A stretch of DNA of 64,000 nt, from NCBI GenBank assembly GCA_964016885.1, contig OZ024744.1, positions 47,120,001 to 47,184,000 on the forward strand, read 5' to 3'. This DNA is from Eledone cirrhosa. Taxonomy: Eukaryota. This document shows positions 12,700-26,008 of the stretch, in pieces. Each line of letters opens with the position of its first letter. Positions within the stretch are counted from its first letter, which is position 1. The notes beneath the pieces are model-generated. The model was given only the letters and a program-made list of their open reading frames with translations, searched no databases and was not told the DNA's origin. A program made the translations under genes and the position numbers.

Positions 12700-13900
12700 C
12701 ACTTTACAGTGTGGGCTGGGTGCTTTTTGCTGAGTCTTTCACATGTCCACTTTACAGTGTGGGCTGGGTGCTTTTTGCAGTGTCTTTCACACGTCCACTT
12801 TATAGTGTGGGCTGGGTGCTTTTTGCTGTGTCTTTCACATGTCCACTTTACAGTGTGGGCTGGGTGCTTTTTGCTGTGTCTTTCACATGTCCACTTTACA
12901 ATGTGCGCCGGGTGCTTTTTGCTGTGTCTTTCACATGTCCACTTTACAGTGTCGGCTGGGTGCTTGTTGCTGTGTCTTTCTCACGTCCAAATTACAGTGT
13001 GGGCTGGGTGATTTTTGCTGTGTCTTTCACATGTACACTTTACAGTGTGGGCTGGGTGCTTTTTGCAGTGTCTTTCACACGTCCACTTTACAGTGTGTGC
13101 TGGGTGCTTTTTGCTGTGTCTTTCACATGTCCACTTTACAGTGTGGGCTGGGTGCTTTTTGCTGTGTCTTTCACATATCCACTTTACAGTGTGGGCTGGG
13201 TGCTTTTTGCTGAGTCTTTCACACGTCCACTTTACAGTGTGGGCTGGGTGCTTTTTGCTGTGTCTTTCACGCGTCCACTTTACAGTGTGGGCTGGGTGCT
13301 TTTTGCTGTGTCTTTCACATGTCCACTTTACAATGTGGGCTGGGTGCTTTTTGCTGAGTCTTTCACATGTCCACTTTACAGTGTGGGCTGGGTGCTTTTT
13401 GCAGTGTCTTTCACACGTCCACTTTATAGTGTGGGCTGGGTGCTTTTTGCTGTGTCTTTCACATGTCCAATTTACAGTGTGGGCTGGGTGCTTTTTGCTG
13501 TGTCTTTCACATGTCCACTTTACAATGTGCGCCGGGTGCTTTTTGCTGTGTCTTTCACATGTCCACTTTACAGTGTCGGCTGGGTGCTTGTTGCTGTGTC
13601 TTTCTCACGTCCAAATTACAGTGTGGGCTGGGTGATTTTTGCTGTGTCTTTCACATGTACACTTTACAGTGTGGGCTGGGTGCTTTTTGCAGTGTCTTTC
13701 ACACGTCCACTTTACAGTGTGTGCTGGGTGCTTTTTGCTGTGTCTTTCACATGTCCACTTTACAGTGTGGGCTGGTTGCTTTTTGCTGTGTCTTTCACAT
13801 ATCCACTTTACAGTGTGGGCTGGGTGCTTTTTGCTGTGTCTTTCACGCGTCCACTTTACAGTGTGGGCTGGGTGCTTTTTGCTGTGTCTTTCACATGTCC
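12700..13900. repeat. Tandem 13-monomer (624 bp) duplication, later carried into larger duplications
   Basis: The marker run AATGTGCGCCGGG, GTCGGC, CCAAATTAC, GATTTTT, GTACAC occurs at about 12900 and 13524. The same 624-bp pair recurs at about 34.9/35.5, 41.3/42.0, 44.9/45.6, 48.8/49.4 and 52.1/52.7 kb. Confidence 0.85.
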
Positions 13901-16900
13901 ACTTTACAATGTGGGCTGGGTGCTTTTTGCTGTGTCTTTCACATCTCCACTTTACAGTGTGGGCTGGGTGCTTCTTGCAGTGTCTTTCACACGTCCACTT
14001 TACAGTGTGGGCTGGGTGCTTTTTGCTGTGTCTTTCACATGTCCACTTTACAGTGTGGGCTGGGTGCTTTTTGCTGTGTCTTTCACATGTCCACTTTATA
14101 GTGTGGGCTGGGTGCTTTTTGCAGTGTCTTACACACGTCCACTCTACAGTGTGGGCTGGGTGCTTTTTGCTGTGTCTTTCACGTGTCCACTTTACAATGT
14201 GGGCTGGGTACTTTTTGCTGTGTCTTTCACATGTCCACTTTACAGTGTGGGCTGGGTGCTATTTGCTGTGTCTTTCACATGTCCACTTTACAGTGTGGGC
14301 TGGGTGCTTTTTGCTGTGTCTTTCACATGTCCACTTTACAATGTGAGCTGGGTGCTTTTTGCTGTGTCTTTCACATCTCCACTTTACAGTGTGGGCTGGG
14401 TGCTTGTTGCTGTGTCTTTCTCACGTCCACTTTACAGTGTGGGCTGGGTGCTTTTTGCTGTGTCTTTCACATGTCCACTTTACAGTGTGGGCTAGGTGCT
14501 TTTTTCAGTGTCTTTCACACGTCCACTTTACATTGTGGGCTGGGTGCTTGTTGCTGTGTCTTTCTCACGTCCACTTTACAGTGCGGGCTGGGTGCTTTTT
14601 GCTGTGTCTTTCACATGTCCACTTTACAGTGTGGGCTGGGTGCTTTTTTCAGTGTCTTTCACATGTCCACTTTACAGTGTGGGCTGGGCGCTTTTTGCAG
14701 TGTCTTTCAAACGTCAACTTTACAGTGTGGGCTGGGTGCTTTTTACTGTGTCTTTCACATGTCCACTTTACAGTGTGGGCTGTGTGCTTGTTGCTGTGTC
14801 TTTCTCCCGTCCACTTTACAGTGTGGGCTGGGTGCTTGTTGCTGTGTCTTTCACATGTCCACTTTACAGTGTGGGCTGGGTGCTTTTTTCAGTGTCTTTT
14901 ACACGTCCACTTTACAGTGTGGGCTGGGTGCTTGTTGCTGTGTCTTTCTCACGTCCACTTTACATTGTGGGCTGGGTGCTTTTTGCTGTGTCTTTCACAT
15001 GTCCAGTTTACAGTGTGGGCTGGGTGCTTTTTTCAGTGTCTTTCACACGTCCACTTTACAGTGTGGGCTGGGTGCATGTTGCTGTGTCTTTCTCACGTCC
15101 ACTTTACAGTGTGGGCTGGGTGCTTTTTGCTGTGTCTTTCACATGTCCACTTTACAGTGTGGGCTGGGTGCTTTTTTCAGTGGCTTTCACATGTCCACTT
15201 TACAGTGTGGGCTGGGTGCTTTTTGCTGTGTCTTTCACATGTCCACTTTACAATGTGGGCTGTGTGCTTTTTGCTGTGTCTTTCACATGTCCACTTTACA
15301 ATGTGGGCTGGGTGCTTTTTGCTGTGTCTTTCACATGTCCACTTTACAGTGTGGGCTGGGTGCTTTTTGCTGTGTCTTTCACATGTCCACTTGACAGTGT
15401 GGGCTGGGTGCTTTTTGCTGTGTCTTTCACATGTCCACTTTACAGTGTGGGCTGGGTCCTTTTTGCTGTGTCTTTCACATGTCCACTTTACAGTGTGGGC
15501 TGTGTGCTTTTTGCTGTGTCTTTCACATGTCCACTTTACAGTGTGGGCTGGGTGCTTTTTGCTGTGTCTTTCAAATGTCCACTTTACAATGTGGGCTGGG
15601 AGCTTTTTGCTGTGTCTTTCACATGTACACTTTACAATGTGGGCCGGGTGCTTTTTACTGTGTCTTTCACATGTCCACTTTACAGTGTGGGCTGGGTGCT
15701 TTTTGCTGTGTCTTTCACATGTCCACTTCACAGTGTGGGCTGGGTGCTTTTTGCTGTGTCTTTCACATGTCCACTTTACAGTGTGGGGTGTGTGCTTCTT
15801 GCAGTGTCTTTCACACGTCCACTTTACAGTGTGGGCTGGGTGCTTTTTGCTGTGTCTTTCACATGTCCACTTTACAGTGTGGGCTGGGTGCTTTTTGCTG
15901 TGTGTTTCACATGTCCACTTTACAGTGTGGGCTGGGTGCTTTTTTCAGTGTCTTTCACATGTCCACTTTACAGTGTGGGCTGGGTGCTTTTTGCTGTGTC
16001 TTTCACATGTCCACTTTACAATGTGGGCTGTGTGCTTTTTGCTGTGTCTTTCACATGTCCACTTTACAATGTGGGCTAAGGTGCATTTTTGCTGTGTCTT
16101 TCACATGTCCACTTTACAGTGTGGGCTGGGTGCTTTTTGCTGTGTCTTTCACATGTCCACTTCACAGTGTGGGCTGGGTGCTTTTTGCTGTGTCTTTCAC
16201 ATGTCCACTTTACAGTGTGGGCTGGGTGCTTTTTGCTGTGTCTTTCACATGTCCACTTTACAGTGTGGGCTGTGTGCTTTCTGCTGTGTCTTTCACATGT
16301 CCACTTTACAGTGTGGGCTGGGTGCTTTTTGCTGTGTCTTTCACATGTCCACTTTACAATGTGGGCTGGGTGCTTTTTGCTGTGTCTTTCACATGTCCAC
16401 TTTACAATGTGGGCTGGGTGCTTTTTGCTGTGTCTTTCACATGTCCACTTTACAGTGTGGGCTGGGTGCTTTTTGCTGTGTCTTTCACATGTCCACTTCA
16501 CAGTGTGGGCTGGGTACTTTTTGCTGTGTCTTTCACACGTCCACTTTACAGTTTGGGCTGGGTGCTTTTTGCTGTGTCTTTCACATGTCCACTTTACAGT
16601 GTGGGCTGGGTGCTTTTTGCTGTGTCTTTCACATGTCCACTTTACAGTGTGGGCTGGGTGCTTTTTGCTGTGTCTTTCACATGTCCACTTTATAGTGTGG
16701 GCTGTGTGCTTTTTGCTGTGTCTTTCACATGTCCACTTTACAATGTGGGTTGGGTGCTTTTTGCTGTGTCTTTCACATGTCCACTTTACAGTGTGGGCTG
16801 GGTGCTTTTTGCTGTGTCTTTCACATATCCACTTTACAGTGTGGGCTGGGTGCTTTTTGCTGAGTCTTTCACACGTCCACTTTACAGTGTGGGCTGGGTG

Positions 16901-18799
16901 CTTTTTGCTGTGTCTTTCACGCGTCCACTTTACAGTGTGGGCTGGGTGCTTTTTGCTGTGTCTTTCACATGTCCACTTTACAATGTGGGCTGGGTGCTTT
17001 TTGCTGTGTCTTTCACATCTCCACTTTACAGTGTGGGCTGGGTGCTTCTTGCAGTGTCTTTCACACGTCCACTTTACAGTGTGGGCTGGGTGCTTATTGC
17101 TGTGTCTTTCACATGTCCACTATACAGTGTGGGCTGGGTGCTTTTTGCTGTGTCTTTCACATGTCCACTTTATAGTGTGTGCTGGGTGCTTTTTGCAGTG
17201 TCTTTCACACGTCCACTCTACAGTGTGGGCTGGGTGCTTTTTGCTGTGTCTTTCACGTGTCCACTTTACAATGTGGGCTGGGTACTTTTTGCTGTGTCTT
17301 TCACATGTCCACTTTACAGTGTGGGCTGGGTGCTTTTTGCTGTGTCTTTCACATGGCCACTTTACAGTGTGGGCTGGGTGCTTTTTGCTGTGTCTTTCAC
17401 ATGTCCACTTTACAATGTGAGCTGGGTGCTTTTTGCTGTGTCTTTCACATGTCCACTTTACAGTGTGGGCTGGGTGCTTGTTGCTGTGTCTTTCTCACGT
17501 CCACTTTACAGTGTGGGCTGGGTGCTTTTTGCTGTGTCTTTCACATGTCCACTTTACAGTGTGGGCTAGGTGCTTTTTTCAGTGTCTTTCACACGTCCAC
17601 TTTACATTGTGGGCTGGGTGCTTGTTGCTGTGTCTTTCTCACGTCCACTTTACAGTGAGGGCTGGGTGCTTTTTGCTGTGTCTTTCACATGTCCACTTTA
17701 CAGTGTGGGCTGGGTGCTTTTTTCAGTGTCTTTCACATGTCCACTTTACAGTGTGGGCTGGGCGCTTTTTGAAGTGTCTTTCAAACGTCAACTTTACAGT
17801 GTGGGCTGGGTGCTTTTTACTGTGTCTTTCACATGTCCACTTTATAGTGTGGGCTGTGTGCTTGTTGCTGTGTCTTTCTTCCGTCCACTTTACAGTGTGG
17901 GCTGGGTGCTTGTTGCTGTGTCTTTCACATGTCCACTTTACAGTGTGGGCTGGGTGCTTTTTGCTGAGTCTTTCACACGTCCACTTTACAGTGTGGGCTG
18001 TGTGCTTTTTGCAGTGTCTTTCAAACGTCAACTTTACAGTGTGGGCTGGGTGCTTTTTGCTGTGTCTTTCACATGTCCACTTTACAATGTGGGCTGGGTG
18101 CTTTTTGCTGTGTCTTTCACATGTCCACTTTACAGTGTGGGCTGGGTGCTTCTTGCAGTGTCTTTCACATGTCCACTTTACAGTGTGGGCTGGGTGCTTT
18201 TTGCTGTGTCTTTCACATGTCCACTTTACAGTGTGGGCTGGGTGCTTTTTGCTGTGCCTTTCACATGTCCACTTTATAGTGTGGGCTGGGTGCTTTTTGC
18301 AGTGTCTTTCACACGTCCACTTTACAGTTTGGGCTGGGTGCTTTTGCTGTGTCTTTCACATGTCCACTTTACAGTGTGGGCTGGGTGCTTTTGCTGTGTC
18401 TTTCACATTTCTACTTTACAATGTGGGCTGGGTGCTTTTTGCTGTGTCTTTCACATGTCCACTTTACAGTGTGGGCTGGGTGCTTCTTGCAGTGTCTTTC
18501 ACATGTCCACTTTACAGTGTGGGCTGGGTGCTTTTTGCTGTGTCTTTCACATGTCCACTTTACAATGTGGGCTGGGTGCTTTTTGCTGTGTCTTTCACAT
18601 GCCCACTTCACAGTGTGGGCTGGGTGCTTTTTGCTGTGTCTTTCACATGTCCACTTTACAATGTGGGCTGGGTGCTTTTTGCTGTGTCTTTCAAATGTCC
18701 ACTTTACAATGTGGGCTGGGTGCTTTTTGCTGTGTCTTTCACATGTCCACTTTACCGTGTGGACTCGGTGCTTTTTGCTGTGTCTTTCACCTGTCCACT

Positions 18800-21700
18800 T
18801 TACAGTGTGGGCTGGGTGCTTGTTGCTGTGTCTTTCTCACGTCCACTTTACAGTGTGGGCTGGGTGCTTTTTGCTGTGTCTTTCACATGTCCACTTTACA
18901 GTGTGGGCTGGGTGCTTTTTTCAGTGTCTTTCACATGTCCACTTTACAGTGTGGGCTGGGTGCTTTTTGCTGTGTCTTTCACATGTCCACTTAATAGTGT
19001 GGGCTGGGTGCTTTTTGCTGTGTCTTTCACATGTCCACTTTACAATGTGGGCTGGGTACTTTTTGCTGTGTCTTTCACATGTCCACTTTACAATGTGGGT
19101 TGGGTGCTTTTTGCTGTGTCTTTCACATGTCCACTTTACAGTGTGGGCTGGGTGCTTTTTGCTGTGTCATTCACATGTCCACTTCACAGTGTGGGCTGGG
19201 TGATTTTGCTGTGTCTTTCACATGTCCACTTTACAGTGTGGGCTGGGTGCTTTTTGCTGTGTCTTTCACATGTCCACTTTACAATGTGGGCTGAGTGCTT
19301 TTTGCTGTGTCTTTCACATGTCCACTTTACAGTGTGGGCTGGGTGCTTCTTGCAGTGTCTTTCACATGTCCACTTTACATTGTGGGCTGGGTGCTTTTTG
19401 CTGTGTCTTTCACATGTCCACTTTACAGTGTGGGCTGGGTGCTTTTTGCTGTGTCTTTCACATGTCCACTTTACAGTGTGGGCTGGGTGCTTCTTGCAGT
19501 GTCTTTCACATGTCCACTTTACAGTGTGGGCTGTGTGCTTGTTGCTGTGTCTTTCTCACGTCCACGTTACAGTGTGGGCTGGGTGCTTTTTGCTGTCTTT
19601 CACATGTCCACTTTACAGTGTGGGCTAGGTGCTTTTTTCAGTGTCTTTCACACGTCCACTTTACATTGTGGGCTGGGTGATTGTTGCTGTGTCTTTCTCA
19701 CGTCCACTTTACAGTGTGGGCTGGGTGCTTTTTGCTGTGTCTTTCACATGTCCACTTTACAGTGTGGGCTGGGTGCTTTTTTCAGTGTTTTTCACATGTC
19801 CACTTTACAGTGTGGGCTGGGCGCTTTTTGCAGTGTCTTTCAAACGTCAACTTTACAGTGTGGGCTGGGTGCTTTTTTCAGTGTCTTTCACACGTCCTCT
19901 TTACAGTGTGGGCTGGGTGCTTGTTGCTGTGTCTTTCTCACGTCCACTTTACAGTGTGGGCTGGGCGCTTTTTGCAGTGTCTTTCACACGTCCTCTTTAC
20001 AGTGTGGGCTGGGTGCTTTTTGCTGTGTCTTTCACATGTCCACTTTACAGTGTGGGCTGGGCGCTTTTTGCAGTGTCTTTCAAACGTCAACTTTACAGTG
20101 TGGGCTGGGTGCTTTTTACTGTGTCTTTCACATGTCCACTTTACAGTGTGGGCTGGGTGCTTTTTGCTGTGTCTTTCACATGTCCACTTTACAGTGTGGG
20201 CTGGGTGCGTTTTGCTGTGTCTTTCACATGTCCACTTTACAGTGTGGACTGTGTGCTTTTTTCTGTGTCTTTCACACCTCCACTTTACAGTGTGGGCTGG
20301 GTGCTTTTTGCTGTGTCTTTCACACGTCCACTTTACAGTGTGTGCTGGGTGCTTTTTGCTGTGTCTTTCACATGTCCACTTCACAGTGTGGGCTGGGTGC
20401 TTCTTGCTGTGTCTTTCTCACGTCCACTTCACAGTGTGGGCTGGGTGCTTTTTGCTGTGTCTTTCACATGTCCACTTTACAATGTGGGCTGGGTGCTTTT
20501 TGCTGTGTCTTTCACATGTCCACTTTACAATCTGGGCTGGGTGCTTTTTGCTGTGTCTTTCACATATCCACTTTACAGTGTGGGCTGGGCGCTTTTTGCA
20601 GTGTCTTTCACACGTCAACTTTACAGTGTGGGCTGGGTGCTTTTTGCTGTGTCTTTCACATGTCCACTTTACAGTGTGGGCTGGGTGCTTTTTGCAGTGT
20701 CTTTCACACGTCCACTTTACAGTGTGGGCTGGGTGCTTTTTGCTGTGTCTTTCACATGTCCACTTTACAGTGTGGGCTGTGTGCTTTTTGCAGTGTCTTT
20801 CACACGTCCACTTTACAGTGTGGGCTGGGTGCTTTTTGCTGTGTCTTTCACATGTCTACTTAATAGTGTGGGCTGGGTGCTTTTTGCTGTGTCTTTCACA
20901 TGTCCACTTTACAGTGTGGGCTGGGTGCTTTTTCAGTGTCTTTCACATGTCCACTTCACGGTGTGGGCGGGGTGCTTTTTGCTATGTCTTTCACATGTCC
21001 ACTTTACAATGTGGGCTGGGTGCTTTTTGCTGTATCTTTCAAATGTCTACTTTACAATGTGGGCTGGGTGCTTTTTGCTGTGTCTTTCACATGTCCACTT
21101 TACAATGTGAGCTGGGTGCTTTTTGCTGTGTCTTTCACATGTCCACTTTACAGTGTGGGCTGGGTGCTTGTTGCTGTGTCTTTCTCACGTCCACTTTACA
21201 GTGTGGGCTGGGTGCTTTTTGCTGTCTTTCACATGTCCACTTTACAGTGTGGGCTAGGTGCTTTTTTCAGTGTCTTTCACACGTCCACTTTACATTTGTG
21301 GGCAGGGTGCTTGTTGCTGTGTCTTTCTCACGTCCACTGTACAGTGTGGGCTGGGTGCTTTTTACTGTGTCTTTCACATGTCCACTTTACAGTGTGGGCT
21401 GGGTGCTTGTTGCTGTGTCTTTCTCACGTCCACTTTACAGTGTGGGCTGGGTGCTTTTTGCTGTGTCTTTCACATGTCCACTTTACAGTGTGGGCTGGGT
21501 GCTTTTTTCAGTGTCTTTCACACGTCCACTTTACAGTGTGGGCTGGGTGCTTGTTGCTGTGTCTTTCTCACGTCCACTTTACAGTGTGGGCTGGGCGCTT
21601 TTTGCAGTGTCTTTCAAACGTCAACTTTACAGTGTGGGCTGGGTGCTTTTTACTGTGTCTTTCACATGTCCACTTTACAGTGTGGGCTGGGTGCTTGTTG

Positions 21701-22610
21701 CTGTGTCTTTCTCACGTCCACTTTACAGTGTGGGCTGGGTGCTTTTTGCTGTGTCTTTCACATGTCCACTTTACAGTGTGGGCTGGGTGCTTTTTTCAGT
21801 GTCTTTCACATGTCCACTTTACAGTGTGGGCTGGGTGCTTTTTGCTGTGTCTTTCACATGTCCACTTAATAGTGTGGGCTGGGTGCTTTTTGCTGTGTCT
21901 TTCACATGTCCACTTTACAATGTGGGCTGGGTACTTTTTGCTGTGTCTTTCACATGTCCACTTTACAATGTGGGTTGGGTGCTTTTTGCTGTGTCTTTCA
22001 CATGTCCACTTTACAGTGTGGGCTGGGTGCTTTTTGCTGTGTCATTCACATGTCCACTTCACAGTGTGGGCTGGGTGATTTTGCTGTGTCTTTCACATGT
22101 CCACTTTACAGTGTGGGCTGGGTGCTTTTTGCTGTGTCTTTCACATGTCCACTTTACAATGTGGGCTGAGTGCTTTTTGCTGTGTCTTTCACATGTCCAC
22201 TTTACAGTGTGGGCTGGGTGCTTCTTGCAGTGTCTTTCACATGTCCACTTTACAGTGTGGGCTGGGTGCTTTTTGCTGTGTCTTTCACATGTCCACTTTA
22301 CAGTGTGGGCTGGGTGCTTTTTGCTGTGTCTTTCACATGTCCACTTTACAGTGTGGGCTGGGTGCTTCTTGCAGTGTCTTTCACATGTCCACTTTACAGT
22401 GTGGGCTGTGTGCTTGTTGCTGTGTCTTTCTCACGTCCACGTTACAGTGTGGGCTGGGTGCTTTTTGCTGTCTTTCACATGTCCACTTTACAGTGTGGGC
22501 TAGGTGCTTTTTTCAGTGTCTTTCACACGTCCACTTTACATTGTGGGCTGGGTGATTGTTGCTGTGTCTTTCTCACGTCCACTTTACAGTGTGGGCTGGG
22601 TGCTTTTTGC
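18800..22610. repeat. Duplication at 2875-bp offset (60 monomers -5 bp): about 18800-19740 repeated at about 21680-22610
   Basis: ORF pairs 19031/21906, 19222/22097, 19295/22170 and 19629/22504 share the offset. Both copies carry CTTAATAG, GTCATTCAC, GCTGAGTGC, CCACGTTAC and a 2-bp deletion. Confidence 0.85.
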
Positions 22611-25600
22611 TGTGTCTTTCACATGTCCACTTCACAGTGTGGGCTGGGTGCTTCTTGCTGTGTCTTTCTCACGTCCACTTCACAGTGTGGGCTGGGTGCT
22701 TTTTGCTGTGTCTTTCACATGTCCACTTTACAATGTGGGCTGGGCGCTTTTTGCAGTGTCTTTCAAACGTCAACTTTACAGTGTGGGCTGGGTGCTTTTT
22801 ACTGTGTCTTTCACATGTCCACTTTACAGTGTGGGCTGGGTGCTTTTTGCTGTGTCTTTCACATGTCCACTTTACAGTGTGGGCTGGGTGCGTTTTGCTG
22901 TGTCTTTCACATGTCCACTTTACAGTGTGGACTGTGTGCTTTTTTCTGTGTCTTTCACACCTCCACTTTACAGTGTGGGCTGGGTGCTTTTTGCTGTGTC
23001 TTTCACACGTCCACTTTACAGTGTGTGCTGGGTGCTTTTTGCTGTGTCTTTCACATGTCCACTTCACAGTGTGGGCTGGGTGCTTCTTGCTGTGTCTTTC
23101 TCACGTCCACTTCACAGTGTGGGCTGGGTGCTTTTTGCTGTGTCTTTCACATGTCCACTTTACAATGTGGGCTGGGTGCTTTTTGCTGTGTCTTTCACAT
23201 GTCCACTTTACAATCTGGGCTGGGTGCTTTTTGCTGTGTCTTTCACATATCCACTTTACAGTGTGGGCTGGGCGCTTTTTGCAGTGTCTTTCACACGTCA
23301 ACTTTACAGTGTGGGCTGGGTGCTTTTTGCTGTGTCTTTCACATGTCCACTTTACAGTGTGGGCTGGGTGCTTTTTGCAGTGTCTTTCACACGTCCACTT
23401 TACAGTGTGGGCTGGGTGCTTTTTGCTGTGTCTTTCACATGTCCACTTTACAGTGTGGGCTGTGTGCTTTTTGCAGTGTCTTTCACACGTCCACTTTACA
23501 GTGTGGGCTGGGTGCTTTTTGCTGTGTCTTTCACATGTCCACTTCACAGTGTGGGCTGGGTGCTTTTTGCTGTGTCTTTCACATGTCCACTTTACAGTGT
23601 GGGCTGGGTGCTTTTTTCAGTGTTTTTCACATGTCCACTTTACAGTGTGGGCTGGGCGCTTTTTGCAGAGTCTTTCAAACGTCAACTTTACAGTGTGGGC
23701 TGGGTGCTTTTTACTGTGTCTTTCACATGTCCACTTTTACAGTGTGGGCTGGGTGCTTGTTGCTGTGTCTTTCTCACGTCCACTTTACAGTGTGGGCTGG
23801 GTGCTTTTTGCTGTGTCTTTCACATGTCCACTTTACAGTGTGGGCTGGGTGCTTTTTTCAGTGTCTTTCACACGTCCTCTTTACAGTGTGGGCTGGGTGC
23901 TTGTTGCTGTGTCTTTCTCACGTCCACTTTACAGTGTGGGCTGGGCGCTTTTTGCAGTGTCTTTCACACGTCCTCTTTACAGTGTGGGCTGGGTGCTTTT
24001 TGCTGTGTCTTTCACATGTCCACTTTACAGTGTGGGCTGGGTGCGTTTCGCTGTGTCTTTCACATGTCCACTTTACAGTGTGGACTGTGTGCTTTTTGCT
24101 GTGTCTTTCACACCTCCACTTTACAGTGTGGGCTGGGTGCTTTTTGCTGTGTCTTTCACACGTCCACTTTACAGTGTGTGCTGGGTGATTTTTGCTGTGT
24201 CTTTCACATGTCCACTTCACAGTGTGGGCTGGGTGCTTCTTGCTGTGTCTTTCTCACGTCCACTTCACAGTGTGGGCTGGGTGCTTTTTGCTGTGTCTTT
24301 CACATGTCCACTTTACAATGTGGGCTGGGTGCTTTTTGCTGTGTCTTTCACATGTCCACTTTACAATCTGGGCTGGGTGCTTTTTGCTGTGTCTTTCACA
24401 TATCCACTTTACAGTGTGGGCTGGGCGCTTTTTGCAGTGTCTTTCACACGTCAACTTTACAGTGTGGGCTGGGTGCTTTTTGCTGTGTCTTTCACATGTC
24501 CACTTTACAGTGTGGGCTGGGTGCTTTTTGCAGTGTCTTTCACACGTCCACTTTACAGTGTGGGCTGGGTGCTTTTTGCTGTGTCTTTCACATGTCCACT
24601 TTACAGTGTGGGCTGTGTGCTTTTTGCAGTGTCTTTCACACGTCCACTTTACAGTGTGGGCTGGGTGCTTTTTGCTGTGTCTTTCACATGTCCACTTCAC
24701 AGTGTGGGCTGGGTGCTTTTTGCTGTGTCTTTCACATGTCCACTTTACAGTGTGGGCTGCGTGCTTTTTGCTGTATCTTTCACATGTCCATTTTGCAGTG
24801 TGGGCTGTGTGCTTTTTTCAGTGTCTTTCACATGTCCACTTCACGGTGTGGGCGGGATGCTTTTTGCTGTGTCTTTCACATGTCCACTTTACAATGTGGG
24901 CTGGGTGCTTTTTGCAGTGTCTTTCACATGTCCACTTTACAGTGCGGGCTGGGCGCTTTTTGCAGTGTCTTTCAAACGTCAACTTTACAGTGTGGGCTGG
25001 ATACTTTTTACTGTGTCTTTCACATGTCCACTTTACAGTGTGGGCTGTGTGCTTTTTGCAGTGTCTTTCAAACGTCAACTTTACAGTGTGGGCTGGGTGC
25101 TTTTTGCTGTGTCTTTCACATGTCCACTTTACAATGTGGGCTGGGTGCTTTTTGCTTTGTCTTTCACATGTCCACTTTACAGTGTGGGCTGGGTGCTTCT
25201 TGCAGTGTCTTTCACATGTCCACTTTACAGTGTGGGCTGGGTGCTTTTTGCTGTGTCTTTCACATGTCCACTTTACAGTGTGGGCTGGGTGCTTTTTGCT
25301 GTGCCTTTCACATGTCCACTTTATAGTGTGGGCTGGGTGCTTTTTGCAGTGTCTTTCACACGTCCACTTTACAGTTTGGGCTGGGTGCTTTTGCTGTGTC
25401 TTTCACATGTCCACTTTACAGTGTGGGCTGGGTGCTTTTGCTGTGTCTTTCACATGTCTACTTTACAATGTGGGCTGGGTGCTTTTTGCTGTGTCTTTCA
25501 CATGTCCACTTTACAGTGTGGGCTGGGTGCTTCTTGCAGTGTCTTTCACATGTACACTTTACAGTGTGGGCTGGGTGCTTTTTGCTGTGTCTTTCACATG

Positions 25601-26008
25601 TCCACTTTACAGTGTGGGCTGGGTGCTTTTTGCTGTGTCTTTCACGTGCCCACTTCACAGTGTGGGCTGGGTGCTTTTTGCTGTGTCTTTCACATGTCCA
25701 CTTTACAATGTGGGCTGGGTGCTTTTTGCTGTGTCTTTCAAATGTCCACTTTACAATGTGGGCTGTGTGCTTTTTGCTGTGTCTTTCACATGTCCACTTT
25801 ACAGTGTGGACTCGGTGCTTTTTGCTGTGTCTTTCACCTGTCCACTTTACAGTGTGGGCTGGGTGCTTTTTGCTGAGTCTTTCACATGTCCACTTTACAG
25901 TGTGGGCTGGGTGCTTTTTGCAGTGTCTTTCACACGTCCACTTTATAGTGTGGGCTGGGTGCTTTTTGCTGTGTCTTTCACATGTCCACTTTACAGTGTG
26001 GGCTGGGT

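Larger units (their letters stand above)
1..18800. repeat. Large segmental (higher-order) block, copy 1; the left end probably extends beyond the window
   Basis: The ordered variant string matches 26.0-41.2 kb. Matching ORFs are offset by 26008 (116/26124, 548/26556), 25960 (2037/27997, 3334/29294), 22070 (11483/33553, 14496/36566) and 22405 (16969/39374, 18411/40816). Confidence 0.85.

Noticed and set aside
16071-16090. GGGCTAAGGTGCATTTTT as an insertion footprint or element junction
   Set aside because: Net length change is only about +1 bp, with local substitutions relative to the GGGCTGGGTGCATTTTT paralogues (about 38480, 48510). There is no target-site duplication or foreign sequence.
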